Below, piece by piece: positions 10,864-21,093 of a DNA stretch of 32,000 bases (positions within the stretch are counted from its first letter, which is position 1; the number at the start of each line of letters is the position of its first letter). Made by a program: the position numbers and the translations under genes. This DNA is from Wallemia ichthyophaga EXF-994. Lineage: Eukaryota > Fungi > Basidiomycota. Location: the NCBI RefSeq assembly GCF_000400465.1, contig NW_008806282.1, positions 240,001 to 272,000 of the forward strand. The letters are read 5' to 3'. Below the pieces are notes generated by a model. It was not told the DNA's origin. It searched no databases and saw only the letters and a program-made list of their open reading frames with translations.

Positions 10864-11145
10864 CTTATCGGCCGTCGCTGTGTTATTTAAGCCGTCCGAC
10901 CTCCTTTCTTCTTTTTCTTGCGGTAAAACGTCTTGAGGGACATGGCAAGGCGGGTATAACGCTTTCCCTGTAAATAGTCTGCGCTACTCGCAGAAAGCTT
11001 TATCTCCACTCGTTCAACACTCACCTTCGACTAAGCGCAGGAAGTCGGTTAAAAGTCCGCTTTGAGTGATATTCATAGCATTTGCTCTCCTTCCTCACTC
11101 CGTCTCTCAATCTAACCTCAACCACCAAGACGAGACAGTCCTCAG

Positions 11146-13931
11146 ATGTTCTTCCGAACGGCTGCAATCTGCGCCGTCGCATGGGCAGTGGCTATAATTA
11201 TACTAAAATCCAATCATGCTGAAAGCGCATGTAGAATGGCTTACATGAATCCCAAATATATACCCCATCCTTTCGTCGACTCAAAGTACGGATTGTATCT
11301 TTATAGAGACAAGCATTGGAACGTCGGTGATAGTATAACGGTAGGTAGCAACATAACGTTCCTAATATATCTCCTGATAACTTGTTCTAGCCAGATGGTA
11401 TACCGGTGCTATTCATTCCCGGAAATGCTGGCTCTTATAAACAAGGTCGGTCGATAGCAGCTGAGATATCCAAGCAATACCATATCGACTACAATCGACC
11501 CAATCATGATCTCGCATCTCAAAATATACCACTGCCTGATCTATGGACAGGTGAGCATGCGCCTTCAGAGTGAGGCCGCGATAACACTTTACTAGTCGAT
11601 TTCAAGGAAGAACTGTCAGCATTCCATGCTGGCTTGGTGCGGCGGCAGGCTGAGTATTGTCGAAGTGCAGTGGACTACATTCTGTCACAATACGCAGGCC
11701 AATCACATCCACCAGAATCAGTTATCGTAATAGCGCATTCGATGGGAGGAGTCGTTGCCAGGGAGATGTTCCACTTGACTGATTACAGACAAGGCTCGAT
11801 AGACCTCTTGTTGACACTAAGCTCGCCAAACGCCATCCCACCAACTCCGTTTTCGAGAAGCATGAGTAGCTTGTTTGGTAATAACTTGAGCAAACACACG
11901 GAAATTGCCATCAGTGGAGGATCAGCTGATTCACTGTTACCAGCCGACGTTACGTACGCTCCCATCTCCCAAAACTCATTAAGCGTGCTATCTACGACCA
12001 TACCAGGGGTCTGGGCGCCGATATCTCATCAGGCGATTGTGTGGTGTGATCAGCTGAGAAGGAAAATAGCAAGAGGTGTGTTACTTTCCGTCGACAGTAG
12101 CAAATCTTCGAAATTGAAAAGCAGGGAGAGCCTTATGGAGGTCTGGAAAGGCTTGCTCGTTGGGATTTCTAACATACCTGATACCGTTGGCTTGTTTGAT
12201 GTCGATCTCAATGCTACAGTGGCATATGGTGCATATACAACCGCAGACATCGGCTCTGATAGGACAGCTTGGTCGCTAGGTAGGCCACCGCCACACTCGG
12301 TGACCGGAGATAAGGCGCCAATCGTGAGGCTTGTCACTAGCCTCACCCCTGAGCCCCCATACAAAGACTTTGGTCAGTACGAATCACCCATCCAAGTGCT
12401 GGCTTGTCAGGAAATCAAACCACTTAAACGATGCAGGCATCTGCCAATAAGAGATTCCGTAACTCTGCCATATTTACACAGAGACACGCAATGGTTGCCT
12501 GTCCGACATGGCGCCGACGAAGACCACACTATGTATCTGTTAGACGCAGACACAGATACTCTGGATGACAACGAGAGCGTGGTACTGTTTAGAAATGGAA
12601 AAGACGGAAAGAGGCACTGGATTACCTCCCAGTTCGCACCCGCTGACGAAGAGATCGTTATTGGTGGATCACTTACACGCATGTTATTCTCATCAGTTCC
12701 TCTTCTCGAGCAAAATCATGGGATAATGGCATTAAGAAGGAGATATAAATTAATTAATGCACCGTCTACTTCGCTAGTAGTGTACAGAATCGATGCTAAG
12801 CAGTCGACGTGTGTGTCGACGCAATTCAACAACAAAGAGCTATTTCAACCGCTGCTTAGACACGTTGTTGGATCTTTAAAAGGAATCGAAGAGACTTACC
12901 ATCCAGACCTCAATGGAAGAATTGCAATTGAGTCACATCTTTCACAATCACCCTACCTAATCGCTGACGCGAAATCGAACAAGACTGAGCTCATCTTTGA
13001 GGTTTTTGCGGACACTTCCAGTACCGAATCATGCTATCCATTACAGGAACTCTCGGTCAGTGTGGATATTCTAGCTAGTATTTCCAAGTGGGGTACCCGC
13101 TATCGATCGGCATTAGTGGGATTTGCGTTGGGGATTTGGTGTGTCGCATTTAGACGGCAATTACAATCACTGGATTTGACGGGTGCATCAATCACCCTTC
13201 TCGAATCATTAACGGTAGCATTTCCACGTGAGATTTTAGCATTCTGCTTCATAATGGTAGGAAGTGTATTGGCTAGCTCATTATACGCAAAATTCAGCTT
13301 ATATTTCGTTGGATTACATGACCCCAAGCTGTGTTTCGTCGGCCCTATCCTTCTCTTAGCATCATATGGTTTAATCAGTGGAGTCACTGTGGCAATTACA
13401 GGATTCAGCGCAATTCTCTCTTTCACTAGACTACACATACCCAAATTTAAGATAAGTCGGAAAAGAGAACTGGGTTTGATGTTGACTACAGCTGCTATCA
13501 CTCTATTAATACCACAACAGGTAATGCTGAGTCTCATTGGAATATACACGCTATTAACCGATAATTCAACACCTCTCGCTCTTTCTATACGAGTCTTGGT
13601 AGTCTTACTAGCACCATTTTACATACCAGTAACTGTGGTCTGGCTAAAAGATCCGTTGATGAGCTCATTTGGGGTTGATTTTGAAGATCATAATCCATTA
13701 CCTATTTTACCAATCGTCTGGATTGTTTTACACGTACAGTCTTGCAATGCTATACGGAAGCACAGAACGACCGACAGATTGGTTTGGTGGATAGAGAACA
13801 GCGTATTTGTCACATTTGCATTGTCTTCACTTGCATTCAGTGGAAGATATGCGTACATTTTATATGAAGGGATGTGTATCTTACTGGCAATTCTGTCTTA
13901 CACGCGTTATTTTAATTGTAAAACAGAATGA
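11146..13931 (+). CDS. BST1: GPI inositol-deacylase (PGAP1/Bst1)
   Basis: N-terminal [20 protein letters not shown], spliced [29 protein letters not shown], lipase elbow [21 protein letters not shown] and a multi-TM C-terminus. Introns lie near 11342-11390 and 11550-11596. Confidence 0.95.
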
Positions 13932-13985
13932 ATGGAACAGGAAAATGACTGTATAAATAGTTTTTAAAGTGTATTTGAACGCAGC

Positions 13986-15565
13986 TTAGTCGTGCAATGG
14001 AGTATTTGATCTTGATCTGGATCTGGATCTTGAGACTGATCTTGATCTTGATCTGCTTGTCGATCTGCCTCTGATGTCATTAACTGCAGTTTGATCCATT
14101 GGCTGTTGCTGTTGCGCCATCTGCATAGTCTGCATATTGGTATAGTAAACCCACATGAATGCACAGCTACCTATTTGTTCATTTGAGGGAACGAAACCGA
14201 ATGTCTTCTCGAATGCTTTTCCAGCCAATATCCAAGATTGCGGTTGAGTTGGGTCGAATGCTACCCAATCAAAATTAGATAATGCATCAACAGATTTATT
14301 ATTACTATGACTATGACTATAATTATTGCTACTGTCTGGTGTTGGTGACTTTTGATCCTGCTGATAGCTGTTGTAAGACATGTGATTTGGTTGTGAGTAG
14401 TGTGAGTATGAGTGGGTATTCGAAGGTGAGTTAGTGCTAAAGCTCTCTCTAGAGCTTTCAATTGGTCTCTTTGTTCTTGGATCTATCCTTGGACGCTTAC
14501 CACTATCATAGCTTTGGTTTTGTATGCTCTGTGGTAGACGCGCTGATCTATCTCTGTTCCCATAATCATATCTATCATTGTACCTGTCGTTGTATCTGTC
14601 ATCGTATCTGCTATCGTATCTGTCATTGTTACTTCTGTCCCTCTTCAAGCTACCGCTATCGGATGATGGTGTTTGAGAGTTCTTGTCATCTCTATAAACG
14701 CGCATTAACAAAGACTACTAAGTCAAGTGACTATAACTCACGATGAAGGAATCTTGGAAAGGAATTGAAGGATATTTGCAGGTAAACCTCCATTGCTATC
14801 TCCATCATCCTTTTTGCTTGAAGATTTTGCTGTATCTGAGTGGTTCACAACGTCAATACAGTTAATTTGTATATAATAAGAATTTATGAAAGCACCTTTT
14901 TCTGAAACATTTTTATTACTACTTGACTCATGTCTTGCGTCGAGAGTATCGCGGTCGCTTTGCTTCTGGCTTTCATTAGTTTCGCCGCTGTTGCTCATCT
15001 TATCCATAAGTATTTCAAGCATGGGCTTATTGAATACGGCCATCTGTGACCACATTTTGAGTATCTTAAGATTTTTCTCCTTCAAGGAATTCAATATAAG
15101 TCTGAATAAACTAGAATTACTCTACCTTCAGTTCTTTGTCAAGGTATTTAAGAGATTCGTCGAAGAAATCGACCAAGATGGATTCAATCGCGGAGAGAAA
15201 GTTCTTCCAATTATTTGAATCCCTGTTGCTTTTCTTGATCGCTTTGTGTGCTTGTTGCACCAGCGCATGTAGCGTGTAAAGACTAGAGACCCTCTTGGCT
15301 TTTTTGTCTCTGTGAGTTTCCAAGATGGACGAAGCCATATGTTGAGATCCCATCTTAGGGCAAATCAATTGAGGTTTTCGAGCTGAGCTACCAGACTCAC
15401 GTTAAGGTTTTTGCCGCAGATGTACGATATCCTCTCCACTCTGGTGTTGGACAGTGTCGATCTGTGAATCACTGTTTCTCTCAGCAAGTCGTCGAATTCC
15501 TGTGAATTAAATGATAATAAGCACTAAAGCTTTTGATGGTGCGTTCCCCGTACTTTTAATGACAT
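13986..15565 (-). CDS. CTD-interacting-domain (CID) protein with RS tail, Nrd1/Seb1/SCAF-like but lacking an RRM
   Basis: Spliced N-terminus MSLK|EFDDLLRETV..TLSNTRVERIS..KNLN|..KRVSSLYTLHALVQQA...FLSAIESIL...K|EKNLKILKMWSQMAVF matches the CID helical pattern. It is followed by low-complexity, YNDR and RS repeats. An alternative in-frame ATG exists at 15691. Confidence 0.75.
14008..14055. repeat. Hexanucleotide repeat GATCT(T/G) encoding an Arg-Ser tract on the minus strand
   Basis: gatctt gatctg gatctg gatctt gagact gatctt gatctt gatctg encodes the RSRSRSVSRSRSRSRS tract. Confidence 0.85.
14568..14626. repeat. Imperfect 12-nt coding repeat (Y-D/N-D/S-R)
   Basis: Encodes RYDSRYDDRYNDRYNDRYDY on the minus strand. 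Confidence 0.8.
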
Positions 15566-15822
15566 TGAGTTGGTAGTCCAAGATGAAGGAGCTGTTGAGG
15601 TGCGCGAGAAGCTTATAATTTGTGCGGGGAATTCAGATAAAAGTGGTAAAGGCTTGAGAGTCTCTCTATCTCTTTGAATCAGCCAATACATGTTTCTATC
15701 CTCTGCTTAGGTCTCTGCTCCGTGCTAATATCGAGTTCAATTATCATAGGCTTAAAATGTCCTAAAAATCGTCGGAAGAAACGTTGCAAGAGAAATACAT
15801 TTATGTTTAAAGATTAATTTGT

Positions 15823-17086
15823 TTAAATGAGATTATTTATATTAGATATCAAAGCCGGCATATACTGTTTACGACTGGCATGTTTATTTTGATTGTAAAC
15901 GACTGTGCCATTCAAAGAGAAGGCAAAGTTACCGCTGATCTTCAGCTTAAGCAGTTCATCAGCTTCTATCCCCTTTCTCAGTTTATCCAAGTGAGCGTTC
16001 AGCTTGCTAGAGGAGGGTACATGCAGTAGCAATTCCCTTCTGTGTTTGTGGCCGCTTTTACTGTTAGGATCGTGATAGCTCGTCCCAATTCCAAGCAAAT
16101 CAAGAGCACCCTCGCCTTTTCCGTCATCTTGAGTGAATCTTTGTATATCTCTCTCAAACGAGTCTATGCCACTTGCGTTTCCGCAAATCCAATCTTCAAG
16201 GCTCATGGGTACAGATGCTAGCCCTAAACTTATTCCATTAGATGCATAGACGCGTTTGTAGTCTCTTTGAAGTAGCTGTGTAGTGTTTAATGATGACACA
16301 TCATTTTTACACTCGGAGAGCGAGCCAAATAGATCGGATGTAGCTACGGTGGATGGCTGTGACGCTTGATGAATACCAGCGAAAGAGGAGCGAGGCAGAA
16401 GGAAGTCGTAAGCCTCAAAATCAACGCTCTGCGCTTTACCACCTTGTTTAAGATTGTTGGTATCCACTATAATAGCCTGAATGAGCAAATCAGCGATGCT
16501 TCTTTCTGTATCTGAATCAATGATCGATTGAGCCCAGGCATGTTTGAAATTGTCCGTAACAAGACTTGCACAGCTTCCAACTGGTGTTCTGACATCCCAT
16601 AAAAGCGCACTCGGGTAACGATCAGGTGCGCCATCGTGATGATCAATAACTGCGACTACATCTGATTCAGGAGATTTCCATTGATTATCAAGTGTAGAAT
16701 GATCCACCAGGGCGTAATTTGTCGCCGGGTCAAAATCATCTTTGATGTCTGAGAAAAAGATCAAAGAGTTTGTATCGATTTTTGCATTTGATAGCGCTAG
16801 TCTGTTCTCAGGACGAAGATTCAAGTCTTCTCTCGACGACTGAACGACGGGAATAGCCTGTTTGAGCGAAATAGGCGCGTTAGAGAGCGTGGATAGGTAG
16901 CTGAATGCAATTGATGAGGCTAGACTGTCCAAGTCTTCATTGTGTGCAATGTGAGATACAAAGACGTAAGTCAAAGGGACACACACCATTAGATTGGTTT
17001 CCGAGTACGATGATCCAATTGCTGATCGACTTAGCTCTCAAATCAGCCATAAATTTCGACCTCGTAGCTGCGAGTAAGGTATTCAT
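15823..17086 (-). CDS. PPX1: Exopolyphosphatase, DHH/Prune family
   Basis: MNTLLAATRSKFMADL...WIIVLGNQSN|DLDSLASSIAFSYL, ALVDH, VIDHH, VGSCASLV, IIVDT and DHHA2-type LLQRDYK...NKHASRKQYMP. Intron about 16937-16992. Confidence 0.9.
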
Positions 17087-17211
17087 CTGTGTTTGTTTGC
17101 TGCGCTGTGTAGAACGTGGGAGAGACGTATATTTGACTTTAACAGCTTGAAATAAAGCAGCTAACACGGTAAACAGTGTAATTAAAATGTATAATTTGTA
17201 TTTGATCGTCG

Positions 17212-17238
17212 TTGAATGTCCCTTGAATGTCCCTTGAA
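17212..17238. repeat. 11-bp tandem duplication TTGAATGTCCC x2.5 in the PPX1/CAB1 bidirectional spacer
   Basis: The sequence reads ttgaatgtccc ttgaatgtccc ttgaa. Confidence 0.85.
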
Positions 17239-17279
17239 AACCGACGCTCAGCTCATCGAGACGCAATTCCAACGCGGAT

Positions 17280-18940
17280 ATGAGCTATCCCGAGATACCA
17301 GACATTAGCAGACTAAGTGTTGATACGCGTGGCGCAGAAATCGTAGACGATGTTACAGAGGTGGGCTACGCTGGTATTTCCCGAAATGGAACAAAGTGCT
17401 GATATCAACAACAGGACAAAGATAGTCGGGGAATCTATCTTCCCTTCCATACAGAGTCTGTATCCCATATTGCCCTAGACGTAAGTGCTCGCGCTAGATT
17501 TACCCCCATTTCTTATTAATAACGGGGAACAGATTGGTGGAAGTCTCGCAAAGTGTGTTTATTTCTCGCGGACATCCCGCAGGAGAAGCAGCACAGCGTC
17601 TAGTAAGAGCACGAAGAGCACGAATCGAAACAGTCCCCCACCTCTTCAACCGCCGCCATCACCTAAACCAAACGGAACGCTAACCCCGAACATTCTCAAA
17701 CCAATCAGCAACGACGCATGTACCCCTGTGTCTCCATTGTATAGCTCTGGCGGTAGTTATTTTGACGTTCAGAGCAGCTCTCACTCCGACAGCGCGAAGA
17801 TCAGACCGGGATTCGGCAGTCACGGCCGATCGAAATCTAAACACATACCGGGTGGTCAGCTTAACTTTGTCAAGTTTGAGACTGAGCATATAGAAGAGTG
17901 TATTGACTTCTTGCGCAACCTTATTGATCAATCAGCAAATGTCAATGATGTTAGTCTTGATCAAATGAGGGCCAGCATCAAAATTGTTATGACCGGAGGC
18001 GGTGCCCACAAGCTTGGAGATGTTTTTGAAGACCAGCTCAAGACTGCTGTAGCAAAAGAGGAGGAAATGGAATGTCTGATAACTGGCTTACAGTTTATTA
18101 CAACTATTCCCAAGGAGGTCTTTTGGTGAGTGCTGGGATTGCTGTTAAATCATCATGTCTGACATGTCATCAAAGGTACTCTGATGAGTTGGTGTACTCA
18201 GTCAGTCACAAGAAGCAGAAGAAAACTATATTACCCCAAGAGGAACTTCCAAGGCCATCGCCGAACCCGCCCCAGTTTAGCGTCAGCTTCGACAAACCGA
18301 CTGAGTTTGAGTATCCTTGTCTGCTTGTCAACATCGGATCAGGGGTGTCTATTATCAAAGTGAACTCCGACGGCTCCTTCGAGCGTGTCTCTGGAACCTC
18401 TCTTGGTGGGGGAACACTTTGGGGTTTATTGTCGCTCCTCACGCCAGCCACGTCGTTTGATGAGATGTTAGCGTTGTCAGAAACAGGAGATAACAACTCA
18501 GTAGATATGCTCGTAGGCGATATTTACGGTAGCGATTACGGAAAAATTGGTTTAAAGGCGACGACAATCGCTTCATCATTCGGTAAGGTTTTCAAGAAAG
18601 GCGATAACAATCGCAAGAAAGAATTCAAGCCTGAAGACATCAGTAAAAGTATGTTGTTCATGATCAGCAACAATATTGGTCACATTGCGTACATGCAAGC
18701 AGAGAAACATAACGTGGATAGAATCTATTTTGGAGGGTGTTTCATTAGAGGTTTGTGAAATGTGTTGGCTGATTCTTTTCTCACACCATCGTAATAGGAC
18801 ACGCTGCTACGATCTCAACCCTCAGCTATGCTATCCGTTTTTGGAGCAAAGGTACGAAAAGGGCCATGTTCCTTCGTCATGAGGGCTTCTTAGGTAGTCT
18901 TGGTGCTTGGATAAAGAACATAGACGAAGAGCACTACTGA
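17280..18940 (+). CDS. CAB1: Type II pantothenate kinase (fumble family)
   Basis: MSYPEIPDISRLSVDTRGAEIV..|..IYLPFHTESVSHIALD|IGGSLAKCVYF, MTGGGAHK, EEEMECLITGL, YPCLLVNIGSGVSIIKV, FERVSGTSLGGGTLWGL, VDMLVGDIYG, IASSFGKV, YFGGCFIR, FLRHEGFLGSLGA; stop 18938-18940. Confidence 0.96.
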
Positions 18941-19030
18941 TTACCAATGAGAAATGTATCCCTTCTGATTGATTACTAGTCTATTGTAAAACTGTATTTC
19001 TAAGTATACATTTGTTAACGCAAGACAACC

Positions 19031-19796
19031 ATGGGGGATCTGCAATTAGGTGAGCAGAATGCGTAAGGACTTGGCAAAATTTAATGTGCGTCTAGATAGT
19101 ATATTTGGTAGATCGCCCTCACCACCACCAGCAGCGCCACCAAAGTACGAGAGCTACACTTACAAAGGACGAGAATTGAAGATACGGTTAGAATCATTTC
19201 ATCCATTGTGGGCGCATTATCTCTGGAATGCAAGTAGAGTATTCTGTAACTATCTAATCAACAACAATCTGTGTAAAGGAAAGAGCGTATGCGAGTTGGG
19301 TGCAGGAGCCGGACTTCCGTCGCTAGTCTCAGCGTTGGAAGGAGCAGATAAGACGGTGGTTACAGACTACCCAGATGAGCCGCTTTTGAACAACCTCCGA
19401 ATCAACGTCGGTGAATGCTTAGAAGAAAACGCTCAGAACAAGATAAAGGTTGAGGGATTTGTTTGGGGTTCTGATATAGCAAATCTCCTTGCAGCCAACA
19501 ACGGCAACAAATTTGACATTCTTATTCTGTCTGATTTGGTGTTTAACCATTCTCAGCACAACTCGCTGCTGAAAAGTTGTAAGGGATTGATAGCCCAAGG
19601 TGGACAGTGTCTCGTCTTTTTCAGTCACCACCGCCCACATAAGGCTAAAGAGGATATGGGATTCTTCGATAAAGCTGCAGAAGAAGGCTGGATTGTCGAG
19701 CGTGTAGTGGAAGAGCGTGTTGGCGTCATGTTCGAAGAAGACACTGGAGATGAAGGTGTCCGAGCCACAGTGCATGGATTTAAGCTTACATTGTAG
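19031..19796 (+). CDS. EFM7: Protein N-terminal and lysine methyltransferase Efm7/Nnt1 (Methyltransf_16)
   Basis: HPLWAHYLWNAS, VCELGAGAGLPSL (motif I), VVTDYPD, LSDLVFNHSQH, FFSHHRP. The first exon MGDLQL lies at 19031, followed by a GTGAGC intron. Confidence 0.92.
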
Positions 19797-19866
19797 ATAC
19801 TGTAGATGCTTTTTGTAATATTCTCCTTATCTCGTGGATTCTGTTATTCCAACTAATACGATCATC

Positions 19867-20160
19867 ATGAGCGAGAGACTCGGTTTGCCAGCTCCACCTG
19901 CAGATGGAGAGAAGACGACGGTGCAAGTCAATGGAGAAAGCCTCAGCCTTGATCATCTCGGTCCAATGGTGGTCAATTCCGACGGCACATTGAGCAGGAT
20001 ACAGAATTGGGAAGGAATGAGTCAGATCGAGAGGGAAAAAACGCTGAGACTGATAGTTAAACGGAACAGGTGAGCTGGAGCTGCTTTGAGATGTTTGAAA
20101 ACCAGCTAAAGCACCTTAACCAGACAAAGATTAGACAAGCTCCAATCCGAGGGAAAGTAA
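19867..20160 (+). CDS. Small (~80 aa) conserved fungal hypothetical protein
   Basis: MSERLGLPAPP...LSLDHLGPMVVNSDGTLSRIQNWEGMSQIEREKTLRLIVKRN|RQRLDKLQSEGK*. The LDHLGP.VVN.DGTLSRI.NW motif is one I recall from many fungal hypothetical proteins. Intron 20070-20123. Confidence 0.8.
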
Positions 20161-20191
20161 AATAGATTATGCATTACAATAAACTCAGAAA

Positions 20192-20738
20192 TTATTTTTG
20201 AAAACAGCTTTGATATAGCTGATTGAGTGTATGGGATGTACGCTATCGGTTTCGTCAGTAATCGTGATAAGAATATCTTGGATACCCAGAAATTGAGTAC
20301 CATGTGAGCCAGTAGCTTATAATGACCTTGCTGTAATGTGACAAGGTATTTAATGGTTCATCTGCGATGACTCACAAATACAACTGTCAAGATTGGGTTT
20401 CCCAGCCGGAATCTGCGTATGAAGACGGCAACGACGCTTGTTGAAAATATAAGCATCGCCCCTACTCTTATGGGCTAGTTTTGCATCAATATAAGCACAT
20501 CTCGCGTGCTAAGCCCAAGTATAAACATTCCCTTGAGCTGTTTATACCAGTACATTATGAGTCTGTGATATAGAACTGAGCCAATGTACCATAAACCTTG
20601 GAAACTAATTCGAGAACAATCCCGAGCACAAATAAATTTACCGATGTGCTCGATGTCTTATCTTAAGCATCATAGCGCGGTTGACTGACCGCCGAACAAA
20701 GCGAACAACGTAGTTCTTAATAGGACAATAAGAGACAT
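20192..20738 (-). pseudogene. Candidate small secreted Cys-containing protein gene with one premature TAG
   Basis: A hand-built 5-exon model of 303 nt gives a signal-peptide-like N-terminus and 5 Cys, with an in-frame TAG at 20511-20509. Speculative. Confidence 0.3.
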
Positions 20739-21093
20739 TGATGGTGAGGCTATTCCATTAGCAAAGCAGACCGTAAAGCCCAGAAGATGCTGCTTCCAAC
20801 TCAGATCGAAGTAGCTGAATGCATAGCTCTTATTGCTCTAAGTTGTTCATATGATCAATTAGTACGCAAAGCTAGCCAATGCGTATTATCATACCGTACA
20901 AGCTTATCCATCCTTTATTTGATGGAATGGCCATGCTGCGTGAAGTATGCCAAAGACAAACGCGATTCTTTGTATTGCTGTGTATGGTGTATTACTCAAG
21001 TGGTTTGTAGCATTGTATCTCATACGAGCGATCGTGTCAGTCCGGTTAGTGGCAGTTGCCTCTTCGACTCCGACGACGATCTACACGATCAGG

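Noticed and set aside
20368-20374. TGACTCA (Gcn4/CPC1-type site); another occurs near 10480
   Set aside because: A 7-mer is expected several times by chance in 32 kb; it is far from a plausible TSS and overlaps a candidate splice donor.
20947-21093. Hydrophobic in-frame extension (MPKTNAILCIAVYGVLLKW...) upstream of the DDT/WHIM gene
   Set aside because: A membrane segment is implausible on a probable chromatin factor and the region is TG-rich. It is more likely an incidental open frame, though not excluded.
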